NCBI GenBank assembly: GCA_028291945.1
Contig: JAQGNH010000120.1
Coordinates: 30,328-94,327 of the forward strand
Length of the DNA stretch: 64,000 bases
DNA from: Betaproteobacteria bacterium
GTDB lineage: Bacteria > Pseudomonadota > Gammaproteobacteria > Burkholderiales > SG8-41
Direction: 5' to 3'
The notes beneath the pieces were generated by a model. That model searched no databases. It was given only the letters and a program-made list of their open reading frames with translations, and was not told the DNA's origin. The position numbers and the translations under genes were made by a program. Shown in pieces: positions 46,887-56,862 of the stretch (positions within the stretch are counted from its first letter, which is position 1; every line of letters starts with the position of its first letter).

Positions 46887-49235
46887 TTATTGTTTGGCCG
46901 TGGCACCGGACGCGCTGTGCGCGATGAAAATCGCCGCGAACACGAGGCTTAGTACGGCACCGAGTCCGACTGTGCTGCCGATCGCATGCAGTATCGGCAC
47001 CTGCGAAAACGAAAGCAGGCCGAAGCCGATCACCGTAGCGACATTGGCGAAGAGTACCGAGACGATGGTGCGTTCCCGGTCGTGACTATCGGGCGTCTGG
47101 CGGTCAAAGAAAAGCGAGTAGTTGGAACCGACAGCGACCACGAGCAACAATCCGACCACGTGAAAAATCGACAGCCTGCTGCCGCTCAGCAAGATCGCGC
47201 TCGCGGTAAACGCCACAGCGGCAGCGAGAGGCAAGGTAACGTCGACCACTCGGCGCGTCGAGCGCAAGGCGAGGAATAACAGCGCGACGATCGCGGCGGC
47301 GCCGAGCAGTGCGTTGCGCACCACTTCCCGGAGATACGCTTCGTAGAGCTCGTCCGCCGCGCGTTTGACATCGAGCACTACCACCGTCGTATCACGCGCC
47401 GCTCCTATTTCTCGGGTCAGCGCCGGCACATCTCGAACCCCTCGCAACGGCAGCATCGCGACCCAGCCGGTGCCTCGAGTCATAAGGAGCGAAGCGAGCT
47501 TCAGCGCGAGGCGCGTTCCATGCAGGCTTTCGCGCGTGACGGGAGGCATTGCTCTGGCTCTCTCGACGTCTTGCAGAAAAGGCTCGAACAAATCCGCCCG
47601 AAATGGAAGCCCGCGTGCGGCTTGCCGCAGGTTCTCGCGCAGATTGTCCTGCTGGGGTATTGCCGCCTGACGCGAACGTTGCATCGAGACACTCGGTAGG
47701 TAAAACGTCGGCGCATCGAAATCTTCCAGCACATCGCGGCCTTGCAGATCGTTCAGACGCGCAGCAATTTTCTCGCTTGCTTCGAGCACCGCCTGCTCAT
47801 TTGCGCCGGTCACCACGACGATGTGCCGCACGTCGGGAGCTCCCATGTCTCGCCGCAACTGCTCGTCGAGTTTCTGCTCCGAGGCCGAAATCGGGCTCAG
47901 ACTTGCGAGATCTTCACTCCAGATCGCACCACTACGTGCAGCCGCCGCCGCGACGCTCAGAGCAATGAGCAAAAGCGCCGGATAGCGCATCGCCGGGGCT
48001 CGGCGCACCAGTGCCATCACGCGCGGCGCGAGCGCCGTTACTGCGTGCGGGCTGAACCCCGGCGGCAGCAATGCGGGCAGGACAAAACGCGTCACCGTGA
48101 CGGCCACGGTGAGCCCTACGATCGAAAACAAACCGAGCTGGGCGAGCCCCGTGAAGCCTGAGAACAGCATCGCGCTAAATCCGCAGATCGACGTCAACAC
48201 GCCGAGGCGCAACGTCGGCCATATGCGATTCAAGGTCTCATGCGGCGGTAGACCCGGGGCGAGTTGGGTGAAGAGATAGATCGCGTAATCGACGCCTTCG
48301 CCTATGAGCGTAGCGCCAAAACCCAGGGTAATACCATGGACCGAGCCGAAGGCAACGCTGACTGCGGCAACCCCGGCCAGTGCACCGGTTGCAACTGGAA
48401 GCAGGCCCAGTATCAACACGCGCACGGATCGGTATAGCGCAAGCAGCAGCGCGGCAATGAGCACGGTTGCGATCAGCGAAATCCGGGTTGCGTCGCCTTT
48501 GATGCGCTCTCGAGAGCTGACAGAGAACACGCCCGGGCCCGTGAGCACGACTTTGGCGCTAGCGGCTTCGCGGGAATCGCTTACTGCTGTCGCAAACGCT
48601 GCGCGTATGGCGCGCGTGGCGTTCTCTTGCGCGTCGATGTCGTAGCCGGGCGCTTTGGTCTGTGCCAGCAATAGCGCACGCGTCCCGTCGCGCGAGAACC
48701 AGACGCCGTCGCGCATTTCCGGCCTGGCCTGTCCCGACAGACGCTCGACGAGCCCCATCAGTTCGCCCGTGGGGTCGTTCGGCAGTATCCGCTGTATGAA
48801 TATTCCCGCTGGCGACCCGAGCAAACGCAGGCTTTCCTCGAGTCTCTCGCGCAGCCCCATAGCGGAAAAATGATCTGCCGTAACGGTGGGGCTCAACAGG
48901 TATCGGTAGCGCCACAGAAACTCGCGATCCTTTTCGTCGCCCGTGTCCTCGCCGTTATCAGCCGAAACGAATTGTCCATCGCCGCGTAGGTCTGCCGCGA
49001 CGCGACGGCTCACGCCCGCGAGCGCAGGCGTAGGAGCGCCTTCCACGCCTATCAATATGAGGCGTGACACAACGCCATCGCGCAGTTGATCGACCAGAAT
49101 CTGCTGGGCGGGTGAGGGCGAGCGCGGAAGAAAAGCAGAAAGATCGGTCGTGAAGTGGGTGCGGCTCACAATGGCCGCGCATGCGACAACGAACAGCAAC
49201 CATGCGGCGACCGGCCAGCGCGAAGCTCGCGTCAC
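46887..49235 (-). CDS. MMPL/RND-superfamily exporter
   Basis: 782 aa, two 6-TM bundles each preceded by a large soluble loop. N-terminus FTTDLSAFLP is typical of APE-cluster MMPL proteins. Confidence 0.85.
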   Translation of the reverse strand: MTRASRWPVAAWLLFVVACAAIVSRTHFTTDLSAFLPRSPSPAQQILVDQLRDGVVSRLILIGVEGAPTPALAGVSRRVAADLRGDGQFVSADNGEDTGDEKDREFLWRYRYLLSPTVTADHFSAMGLRERLEESLRLLGSPAGIFIQRILPNDPTGELMGLVERLSGQARPEMRDGVWFSRDGTRALLLAQTKAPGYDIDAQENATRAIRAAFATAVSDSREAASAKVVLTGPGVFSVSSRERIKGDATRISLIATVLIAALLLALYRSVRVLILGLLPVATGALAGVAAVSVAFGSVHGITLGFGATLIGEGVDYAIYLFTQLAPGLPPHETLNRIWPTLRLGVLTSICGFSAMLFSGFTGLAQLGLFSIVGLTVAVTVTRFVLPALLPPGFSPHAVTALAPRVMALVRRAPAMRYPALLLIALSVAAAAARSGAIWSEDLASLSPISASEQKLDEQLRRDMGAPDVRHIVVVTGANEQAVLEASEKIAARLNDLQGRDVLEDFDAPTFYLPSVSMQRSRQAAIPQQDNLRENLRQAARGLPFRADLFEPFLQDVERARAMPPVTRESLHGTRLALKLASLLMTRGTGWVAMLPLRGVRDVPALTREIGAARDTTVVVLDVKRAADELYEAYLREVVRNALLGAAAIVALLFLALRSTRRVVDVTLPLAAAVAFTASAILLSGSRLSIFHVVGLLLVVAVGSNYSLFFDRQTPDSHDRERTIVSVLFANVATVIGFGLLSFSQVPILHAIGSTVGLGAVLSLVFAAIFIAHSASGATAKQ

Positions 49236-49831
49236 CGGCCGTCCTCGATGATGGTCATCTCCGAGCGGTCACCTCCTGTTTCCATAACCTCGATCACGCG
49301 CAACGACTGATCGTGTCCAGTGATGCGTATCTGACTGACGAGTGCCTGCATTTTGCTGTCGCGAGGCTTGAGCAGCAGGCGCCACTCGCGCTGATCGCCT
49401 TCGAAACGCACCTCATAAAAGCGGTTGAGACTCTTCAGGTCCCCCGCGAGCGTCGAGCGTATGCTTTCTACGAAAGCCCACACCACGGGAAATTCCTGCA
49501 GCGCGAGGGTTCGCCGCTGCTTACGGACTTTGTCTTCGAACGTGAGCCGATCCTGCTCGAGCACGAGGCTGTCCGGTTTCGGCGTCAGCGTGTGCTTCTC
49601 CAGGTGCCCCGGCGCGGAATAGCTCAACGTGCCTCTCGACTCGAGGGGGTCGTTCAGGATACGCAGAAACTTGCGCTCGACGAACCTCGCTTTCGAGCTT
49701 TTCACCTGAGCGAGACTTTGCATGAGGTCTTCGAGACCCCACTTCGGAATCGGCGCACTCGCGGCTGAGCGTGCGCTCAAGGGCGCGAGACACAAAAAAG
49801 CGATCAGCGCGAGGCGTGTCAGTCGAATCAT
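49232..49831 (-). CDS. LolA-like outer-membrane lipoprotein carrier family protein
   Basis: Signal peptide MIRLTRLALIAFLCLAPLSA from ATG 49831. FVERKFLRILNDPLESRGTLSY block. 4-nt overlap with the MMPL start. Confidence 0.65.
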   Translation of the reverse strand: MIRLTRLALIAFLCLAPLSARSAASAPIPKWGLEDLMQSLAQVKSSKARFVERKFLRILNDPLESRGTLSYSAPGHLEKHTLTPKPDSLVLEQDRLTFEDKVRKQRRTLALQEFPVVWAFVESIRSTLAGDLKSLNRFYEVRFEGDQREWRLLLKPRDSKMQALVSQIRITGHDQSLRVIEVMETGGDRSEMTIIEDGR

Positions 49832-49838
49832 GATCCGC

Positions 49839-50741
49839 TCAGGTCCAGTAGTCATAGAAGTTGAACCAGTTATAGGGCGCCATCCGACAGTAGTGCTCGA
49901 GGCGCTGCACGTAGGTCCTGATCGCGTCATCGATGACCGCATCACGCTGCGTGCGTTCGACGTACTGCATGTCGACGAGTGGCTCGAAGTAAATGTCGTA
50001 GCGACGGCCCCCGCGATAAAGGCCGAACATCAGAACGACGGGTCGTTTCAGCATCGCGGCAATCCGAAACGGTCCAACCGGCATCCGCGCGGGCTTTCCG
50101 AAAAACGTGCACGCCACGGTTCCTTCGCCCGCAATGGTGCGGTCCGCGAGCATGCCCACGAGCTCACCCCTCGACAGCGCATTCTGTACCTTCAGCATGG
50201 AGTCGACTGTTCCAAGCGCGATCACGTCCAGCACAGCATCGGGATTGATAGCCGCCAGCACCGAGTTAATTTTCCGGGCGTTCTCTTCGTACATCACCAT
50301 GCTGACACGCGCGCCGCCAGCCTGTCGTCCAAGCGCGCGGATCACCTCGAAACTGCCGAGATGGGCGCCGATGAGCAGACAACCTTCACCCCCCGCGCTC
50401 GCGTTGCGTATCACGTTTTCCCCGTGCACGTGGATATCGAAGCGGTGGTATTCGCCGTTCAGAAAGAAAACGCGGTCGAGGATGGTCGATGCAAAGGTAT
50501 GGTAATGGCGGTACACATGCCGCAGGCGCGGTTTGCCCCCGAGCACCGCACGCAGGTATTGCCGCGACGCGGCGCGTGCGCTGACGGAGAACAGACTGAA
50601 GTAAAGACAGATCGGGTACAGCAGGACCCGTGCTGCGCGGCGCCCGAGCGTGAGCGCGATCCACACGATGACGCGAATGGCGAGCGTTTGCCCGCGCTCT
50701 GGCTGTGCGATCCACCGGGGGGGCGAAGCATCGCTCGTCAA
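49839..50741 (-). CDS. LpxL/HtrB-type lysophospholipid/lipid A acyltransferase family protein
   Basis: N-terminal TM segment. IGAHLGSFEVIRAL (the HX4D/E-like region of the LPLAT family). 300 aa. Confidence 0.75.
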   Translation of the reverse strand: MTSDASPPRWIAQPERGQTLAIRVIVWIALTLGRRAARVLLYPICLYFSLFSVSARAASRQYLRAVLGGKPRLRHVYRHYHTFASTILDRVFFLNGEYHRFDIHVHGENVIRNASAGGEGCLLIGAHLGSFEVIRALGRQAGGARVSMVMYEENARKINSVLAAINPDAVLDVIALGTVDSMLKVQNALSRGELVGMLADRTIAGEGTVACTFFGKPARMPVGPFRIAAMLKRPVVLMFGLYRGGRRYDIYFEPLVDMQYVERTQRDAVIDDAIRTYVQRLEHYCRMAPYNWFNFYDYWT

Positions 50742-50808
50742 TGCTGCTCTGCCTTCATCGAACGCGCTGAAGCGACACTCTGCACGCCGCAGCCCACAAC
50801 CTCAGGCT

Positions 50809-52149
50809 TCACGCTGCGCGGGTGGAAAGCTCGTTCACCAGCGTTGCGAGCGCCTCACGCGGAAGTTTACTGGTCGCGTTGCGCGGCAGCGCTTCCACGA
50901 AGCAGAGCGGGCGGGGCAGGAACGCAGGATCGATGCGCCGACGCAAGGCCTTCATCAACGTGGACCTCGTCATACCCGGCGCGACGACCAGCGCCATCAG
51001 GCGTGTGACGGCTTCGCCTTCGTCGGCTTGGGGCACTACGAACACGCCGTCGCGTACCCCTTCGATCGAGTTCAGGTGGTAGTTCAGATGAGCGAGCGAC
51101 GTGCGTTTGCCCGCGATGTTTACGAGATCGGCGTGACGGCCATGCAGCAGGAAGCGCTGTCGGCCGCGCAGTTCGATCACGTCACCGAGCAGCACTTCCC
51201 CGCTCACGTGACCGCCTTTGATCCAAGTGCCGCGCTCATCCTTGCGCAAGGTGATCCCGGGTAACGCAGACCACTCGGAAGTCTTAACGGTGCGGCGGGT
51301 GGCCACCTGGCCGGCCTCAGTGCAGCCATACACCTCGTATAGCGCGGCGGCAAAGCGTTTCTCTGCTGCGGCTGCAAGCTGGGGCGAAAGCGGCGCTGTC
51401 GCGCAAACCAGAAAATCCGCGGCGGGCAAAACGGCGCTCTCGCATATCAGTGTCCGCAGGTGCACCGGCGTTGTAACAAGACCGCGAGGGCGCGGCAAGG
51501 CTTCGAGCTCCGATGCGATATCGGCCGGGTAAAAAGGTCGTCCCGAGTGTAAAGCGAGGCCGCCCTGCATCGGCAGCACCACCGTCGATTCGAGACCATA
51601 CATGTGCTGCGGCGGTACGGTGCCCACGATGGACGTACCCGGCTTAGTGCTGAGTCCGAGTCGCTCGAATTCCGCTGTAACGCTGCCGACAAGGGCACCC
51701 CACGTCTTTGGATGGGGCGTGGGCTCACCCGTGGAACCGGAAGTCAGAACGATAGCCGCGACTTGCGCAGCCGGTATGGCGGGTATGCTATCGGGTGGCT
51801 GCGGTGTATCGGTCAGCTTGGGGAACGAAAAAATGCTGAAAGGCCGGTGTTCGACAGTGCTGTCGACGATGCAGTAAGCGTCCGGATAGCTGCGGCTGAG
51901 GCGCCTGAAAAGGTCAGGTGTGTGGTTCGGCGGCAGCAGGCTCACCTGCCTGCGCACAAGCGCCGCCGCGAGTGCGACGCTGAACTGGTAGCGGTCGGCG
52001 CATAGGTTCACGACGTAAGCCGCGCTCGGCAGCTGTGACGCCAGATACAGCACGTGCTGCAGAAACCGTGCTGTGCCGATCGGCTTGCCGCTGCAATATG
52101 CAAATACGCCGTCTTCTCTGAAGTTGCGTATGAGCGGCAGGTCAGCCAT
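50809..52149 (-). CDS. AMP-dependent synthetase/ligase (acyl- or aryl-ACP ligase candidate)
   Basis: AMP-binding motif LTSGSTGEPTPHPK, YGCTEAG, C-terminal LPRNATSKLPR. Confidence 0.85.
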   Translation of the reverse strand: MADLPLIRNFREDGVFAYCSGKPIGTARFLQHVLYLASQLPSAAYVVNLCADRYQFSVALAAALVRRQVSLLPPNHTPDLFRRLSRSYPDAYCIVDSTVEHRPFSIFSFPKLTDTPQPPDSIPAIPAAQVAAIVLTSGSTGEPTPHPKTWGALVGSVTAEFERLGLSTKPGTSIVGTVPPQHMYGLESTVVLPMQGGLALHSGRPFYPADIASELEALPRPRGLVTTPVHLRTLICESAVLPAADFLVCATAPLSPQLAAAAEKRFAAALYEVYGCTEAGQVATRRTVKTSEWSALPGITLRKDERGTWIKGGHVSGEVLLGDVIELRGRQRFLLHGRHADLVNIAGKRTSLAHLNYHLNSIEGVRDGVFVVPQADEGEAVTRLMALVVAPGMTRSTLMKALRRRIDPAFLPRPLCFVEALPRNATSKLPREALATLVNELSTRAA

Positions 52150-52837
52150 TCAGGTCCCTGACGATGCCTTGCTTCATTACGGGTGTGGCTGTCGTGGCGG
52201 TCGGACTGTGTCCATCGGCGAAGACCTGTATGCCTTTGAGCATCGAGACGTGCTGGCGGTCGCGGAACCGGACCACACGGTAGACATATTCGCAGACGAA
52301 CATCAGCGCGACCAGCGGCAAGCTCAGCATGTTGACAAAAACGGACCAGGAATCGAGTGAAGCGAACACGAACAGCGCGGCGGACACGACAATCTGCCCG
52401 GCAAAAAAAATACACCACACCGCTGTGACGCGGCGCGTGTACGCTTGGATGTAAGGCGGGAGCTCCCCATGAATCCTGCGAGCAAAGCCGCTGATCAGAG
52501 GTTCGCGGCCTCGCAGCAGGGTGCGGCCGAAAATCCAGAGCATCAAGAGATTGATCGCCGCATGAGTGAACGCATTCATTACCGGCAAACCCACACCGTC
52601 ACGCCATTCGATCGCATAGGTGGCCACAGCGCCAGTGAAAATCGCCAAAGTCCATAAAAACTTTTTGCGTGCGCGCTTCGCTACCCAGTAGCCGAGTGCG
52701 AGCAGGGGGATCAATGCCAGCGCAAAACGCGCCGCGCTGCTTGTTCCGTCGACGATAACCGAGTGGACCAGCACTTGATATGCGATGCATGCCGGCAGGA
52801 TGAGCGCTTTCCACAGCCAGCCGGATCCGTGCTGCAT
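52142..52837 (-). CDS. polytopic membrane protein of unknown function
   Basis: 231 aa, about 6 hydrophobic segments. Its start abuts the ACP stop, and it overlaps the ligase start by 8 nt. Confidence 0.55.
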   Translation of the reverse strand: MQHGSGWLWKALILPACIAYQVLVHSVIVDGTSSAARFALALIPLLALGYWVAKRARKKFLWTLAIFTGAVATYAIEWRDGVGLPVMNAFTHAAINLLMLWIFGRTLLRGREPLISGFARRIHGELPPYIQAYTRRVTAVWCIFFAGQIVVSAALFVFASLDSWSVFVNMLSLPLVALMFVCEYVYRVVRFRDRQHVSMLKGIQVFADGHSPTATTATPVMKQGIVRDLNG

Positions 52838-53137
52838 CTACTGAGTCCGATTTTGTTGGAGGTGATGGCTGAGGCTGCGCAGCGAGCTGAATATTTTCAG
52901 GTTGTTCTCGTCATCCGAGCGAATTTTTACACCATAGCTTTTAGAAATAACAAGCGCGACTTCGAGGATATCGATCGAATCGAGGCCCAGTCCTTCCCGA
53001 TAAAGCGGCGCGTTCGGATCGATTTCGGCTGCGACTACGTCGAGATTCAGAGCTGTTACGATCAACTGTGCCAAGGCGAGCTCTTCAGGAGTGGGCGTCG
53101 CGGCCGGCGGGAGCCGTTGTGCCGAAGTTTTAGTCAT
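52838..53137 (-). CDS. acyl carrier protein
   Basis: LGLDSIDILEV phosphopantetheine-attachment motif. 99 aa. Confidence 0.85.
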   Translation of the reverse strand: MTKTSAQRLPPAATPTPEELALAQLIVTALNLDVVAAEIDPNAPLYREGLGLDSIDILEVALVISKSYGVKIRSDDENNLKIFSSLRSLSHHLQQNRTQ

Positions 53138-53382
53138 GGATTTCTCCCGATGATGCGTTTCGAATATTGTTTGGACTGGATCTGAACCTGCACTCCACGA
53201 TCAGGAACCGACGCACGCCTGCTTTTATTATAACGCCGGTGCGTCCCGAAATCGCCGTCGGCCGACCTGAGGACGTCTGCGGTGGCATTTGTGCATTGCA
53301 GGCCAGCGGCAAGACGATGACAAACGACATCGATTGCATGTACGATTGCCTCTCGCATAACGTCCTTAAAGGGGGGGTAAAC

Positions 53383-53781
53383 ATGTTCGCTCGCTTCCAT
53401 CGTGGCATTGTAGTGGCCGTCGCAGCATTGATGCTCGGCGCATGCGCCGGCACTGGCGTACCAGTTCAAAACGTCATTGAATCGCCCGTCGTAAGCAACA
53501 AACCGAATCCGTCGATGGACGATGTCAGGCAGGCGATCGTACGTGCCGGTGCTGGGCTTGGTTGGCAGATGAGGGCTGAGCGGCCCGGCCACATAGTCGG
53601 TACCTTGGCCCTGCGCACTCACCTTGCTGTCGTTGATATCGACTATAACCCCAAGGCCTACAGCATCAAATATAAAGACAGCACAAATCTCGAATACAAC
53701 GGCAGCACCATTCACAGAAATTACAACGCCTGGATCGAGAGACTGGACAGGGCGGTAAAAACGCAATTGACCGTTCTTTAA
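53383..53781 (+). CDS. hypothetical lipoprotein
   Basis: ATG 53383 follows a G-rich RBS. Lipobox MLGAC. 132 aa. No family recognised. Confidence 0.5.
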   Translation: MFARFHRGIVVAVAALMLGACAGTGVPVQNVIESPVVSNKPNPSMDDVRQAIVRAGAGLGWQMRAERPGHIVGTLALRTHLAVVDIDYNPKAYSIKYKDSTNLEYNGSTIHRNYNAWIERLDRAVKTQLTVL

Positions 53782-53825
53782 TCTCGCATCGGGCCTTTGG
53801 GAATCGCTGCATCGACCAGATCACC

Positions 53826-54671
53826 ATGAGCCGCTCCCTGGCCGATGCATGCGACCCGCGCGTTGCACGCGCAGCTGAGGTAGATAAAAAACCAGCTTTC
53901 GCACTGGTAATTCCTGCGCTGAACGAAGCTGCGACTATTCGCGACGTGGTCAGCCGCGCACTGGTGCAAATCGACACGGTGATCGTCGTCGATGACGGCT
54001 CGCACGACGGCACGGGGCAGGCGCTGGATGGTTTAGCGGCGGTCGTCCTGCGGAATCAATATACGTGCGGCAAGGCGGCGAGTTTGCGGCGGGGCATCGC
54101 GTACGCGCTTGGTGCAGGCGTCGCGGCGGTGATGACGCTTGATGGCGACGGACAGCACGCGCCTGAAGATATCCCGCGGCTTATCGCCGCCTACCGGCGG
54201 AATCCGGGCATGATCGTCATAGGCGCTCGCCTTCACGACACTCGCAAAATCCCGCGCTCGAGGTATTTAGCGAACCGCTTCGCGAATTTCTGGATCGCGT
54301 GGGCCGCGGGATATGCGCTGAACGACAGCCAGTCGGGTTTTCGGCTTTATCCCGCACAGGTTCTCGAGAGCTTGCACGTGGTGCATAACCAATCGCGCGG
54401 GTTTGTTTTCGAAAGCGAGATCCTCATCGATGCTGCGCGATCCGGCGTAAGGAGCGTATCGGTTACGATCCCGGCGGTGTATCGTACGGATGCGCGGCCG
54501 AGCCATTTCCGGCCGGTTCTTGATATTCTGCTGATTACGCGCATGGTCGCGTGGAAGCTCCTGAGCCGAGGCTTGTATGTGTCCGGCCTGATCAGGAGCC
54601 TGCAGCGTTCCGATCGGGTTTCCTACGATTACGAAAGCTCCGAGGTATCGAATAATGCCGAACGCGGTTAA
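53826..54671 (+). CDS. family 2 glycosyltransferase (DPM1/GtrB-like)
   Basis: LVIPALNEAATI, VIVVDDGSHDGT, TLDGDGQH (DxD region), SGFRLYP. Confidence 0.85.
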   Translation: MSRSLADACDPRVARAAEVDKKPAFALVIPALNEAATIRDVVSRALVQIDTVIVVDDGSHDGTGQALDGLAAVVLRNQYTCGKAASLRRGIAYALGAGVAAVMTLDGDGQHAPEDIPRLIAAYRRNPGMIVIGARLHDTRKIPRSRYLANRFANFWIAWAAGYALNDSQSGFRLYPAQVLESLHVVHNQSRGFVFESEILIDAARSGVRSVSVTIPAVYRTDARPSHFRPVLDILLITRMVAWKLLSRGLYVSGLIRSLQRSDRVSYDYESSEVSNNAERG

Positions 54672-55986
54672 ACCCGACGCCGCCTGTCGAGCGTCATGCG
54701 ACGTGCTGGTCATCGGCGGGGGGCCGGCAGGCTCAACCATGGCGGCTCTCCTTGCTGAACGCGGCCGTAACGTCGTGCTCGTCGAGAAGGCGAAACATCC
54801 GCGGTTCCATATTGGTGAGTCGCTGCTGCCTTTGAATCTGCCGTTGTTCGAACGCCTTGGGGTGGCCGAAGAGATCAGACAGATCGGCATGCTCAAATAC
54901 GGAGTCGAGTTCATCTCGCCGTGGCATAGCACACCGATGACTTTCGACTTTGCCGATGCGTGGGACAAAGCTTTTCCGTATTCATACCAGGTGCGGCGTT
55001 CGGAGTTCGACGAGATCCTGTTTCGAAACGCGGCGCGCAAAGGTACGCAGGCGCTCGAAGGCTGTCGGGTGACCGGAGTCGAATTCAACGACAAGGGTGC
55101 GCGCGTCAGCGGCCGTCACGAAGATGGCCGAGAAGTGAGCTGGGACGCGCGATTTGTGGTCGACGCATCGGGCCGCGACACGCTTCTTGCAAACCAGTTC
55201 GCCATCAAGCGCCGCAACAAGCAGCACAACAGTGCTGCGATTTTCGGACATTTTTCAGGCGCGTCCCGCCTTCCCGGCAAAGCCGAGGGCAACATCACGG
55301 TTTTCTGGTTCGACCATGGCTGGCTCTGGTTCATTCCGCTATCGGACGGCACCACCAGCATCGGCGCGGTTTGCTGGCCTTATTACATGAAGTCGCGCAA
55401 AACGAATCCTTCGCAATTCCTGCTGGATACGATTGCGCTGTGTCCAGCGCTGCAAGAGCGGCTGCGCAATGCACAGCTGATCGCACCCGCTACGGCCACC
55501 GGAAACTATTCGTACACCGCGAAGCGTACGGCGGGCCGTAATTACCTGATGCTGGGCGACGCCTTTGCGTTTATCGATCCAGTTTTTTCCACCGGAGTCT
55601 TCCTGGCCATGCATAGCGCCTTCGTCGGCGCTGACACGATTGAAACCTGTCTCGACAAACCTACCCGCGCGAGCTCTGCGCTCGCCGCATTCGATCGAAC
55701 GATGCGCCGCGGTCCGTCAGTCTTCTCGTGGTTTATCTACCGCGTTACTACGCCGACATTGCGCGATCTCTTCATGGAGCCCAATAACCGTTATCGGTTG
55801 CAGGAAGCATTGCTCTCGATACTCGCAGGCGACATCTTTCGCGGCACGCCTCTGAATTCGCGGGTGCTCGCGTTCAAGGCCGTGTACTACCTGAAGAACT
55901 TCTTCAATGCGAAGCGGACGTTTGCGGCATGGAAGAAGCGCAGACGCTTCATTCAGGACGCGGTCGTAACAGAAGCGACGGGTTGA
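54655..55986 (+). CDS. FAD-dependent oxidoreductase, flavin-dependent halogenase-like
   Basis: GxGxxG (VIGGGPAGS, nt 54715-54732) and WLWFIP, matching the WxWxIP halogenase motif (nt 55321-55338). HIGESLLP block. Confidence 0.75.
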   Translation: MPNAVKPDAACRASCDVLVIGGGPAGSTMAALLAERGRNVVLVEKAKHPRFHIGESLLPLNLPLFERLGVAEEIRQIGMLKYGVEFISPWHSTPMTFDFADAWDKAFPYSYQVRRSEFDEILFRNAARKGTQALEGCRVTGVEFNDKGARVSGRHEDGREVSWDARFVVDASGRDTLLANQFAIKRRNKQHNSAAIFGHFSGASRLPGKAEGNITVFWFDHGWLWFIPLSDGTTSIGAVCWPYYMKSRKTNPSQFLLDTIALCPALQERLRNAQLIAPATATGNYSYTAKRTAGRNYLMLGDAFAFIDPVFSTGVFLAMHSAFVGADTIETCLDKPTRASSALAAFDRTMRRGPSVFSWFIYRVTTPTLRDLFMEPNNRYRLQEALLSILAGDIFRGTPLNSRVLAFKAVYYLKNFFNAKRTFAAWKKRRRFIQDAVVTEATG

Positions 55987-56053
55987 CCGTTGCAAGCAAG
56001 AGCTACCGCTGGAGCGCACACACCGGCACGCGGACACACACGCCCGGGAGCCG

Positions 56054-56749
56054 ATGACAATGTTCAAAAACAGGGAAGACTTTATCCGCTACGCGTCCGG
56101 CTACAAGGGACAGGTCTTGAAGGACGACCTCATCGTCGATCTATGCCGCGACAAGACTGTCCTTGACCTCGGCTGCATCGACCACAACGCCCAAAGAGCA
56201 CTTGCTCTCGGCGAACGCTGGCTTCATCGCCGCATCAAGGACGTCGCAAGCGACTTGCTTGGTGTCGACGTGCTGCCTGAAGACGCACAGAAACTAAATC
56301 AGCTTGGATATCGAATTGTCGTTGAAGACGTGACGCGAATGAAGCTGGGGCGTCACTTCGACGTCATAGTTGCAGGCGATCTCATCGAGCACCTTTCGAA
56401 CGTTGGGATGTTTCTCGATTGCGTCGCGAATCATATGCATCCCGAATCCATCTGTGTCATCACTACTCCGAACCCTTTCAATATAGAGCAGACCATGCTC
56501 GCCGTATTCCATAACCAGATCGCAGTGAACCCGCAGCATGTCTCCTGGCTCGATCCGCGCGTGATGTATGAGCTCATTTCGCGTTCGGGACTGTTCATCG
56601 CAGATTTTCACTGGGTCGATACGCGATTCAATTTCCCGATCAAGAAAAAAGGATGGAAGACGTTGATCAATAAACTTTCCGCCTATCTCATGACAAAGCG
56701 GCCCATTCTCCGGCGGGACTACGCAGTAGTCCTTGCGAAGAACGCGTAG
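56054..56749 (+). CDS. class I SAM-dependent methyltransferase
   Basis: VLDLGCIDH (motif I) and DVIVAGDLIEHL (motif II/III region). Two 60-nt lines in the gene count 29/60 and 30/60 G+C. Confidence 0.8.
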   Translation: MTMFKNREDFIRYASGYKGQVLKDDLIVDLCRDKTVLDLGCIDHNAQRALALGERWLHRRIKDVASDLLGVDVLPEDAQKLNQLGYRIVVEDVTRMKLGRHFDVIVAGDLIEHLSNVGMFLDCVANHMHPESICVITTPNPFNIEQTMLAVFHNQIAVNPQHVSWLDPRVMYELISRSGLFIADFHWVDTRFNFPIKKKGWKTLINKLSAYLMTKRPILRRDYAVVLAKNA

Positions 56750-56862
56750 CGGATGCATCGCCTTTCCGCTGGCTTACAACGGGAGAAGATTGAAGACTAC
56801 TTTGCCGCACTGTTGCGAGCGAAAAGAGCAGGCTGGATTTTCCTGTATTTATTGTTGGGCCG

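Noticed and set aside
53210-53245. 7-bp inverted repeat GACGCAC ... GTGCGTC flanking an AT-rich core in the ACP/lipoprotein divergent promoter.
   Set aside because: It is short enough to occur by chance and has no second copy or adjacent regulator. I note it only as a place to look if the cluster's regulation is studied.
53134-53766. 210-aa minus-strand ORF in the ACP/GT2 gap, and the long + ORF from 53167.
   Set aside because: The minus ORF has no signal, motif or RBS. On the plus strand, only the part from ATG 53383 (G-rich RBS, lipobox MLGAC) looks like a real protein.
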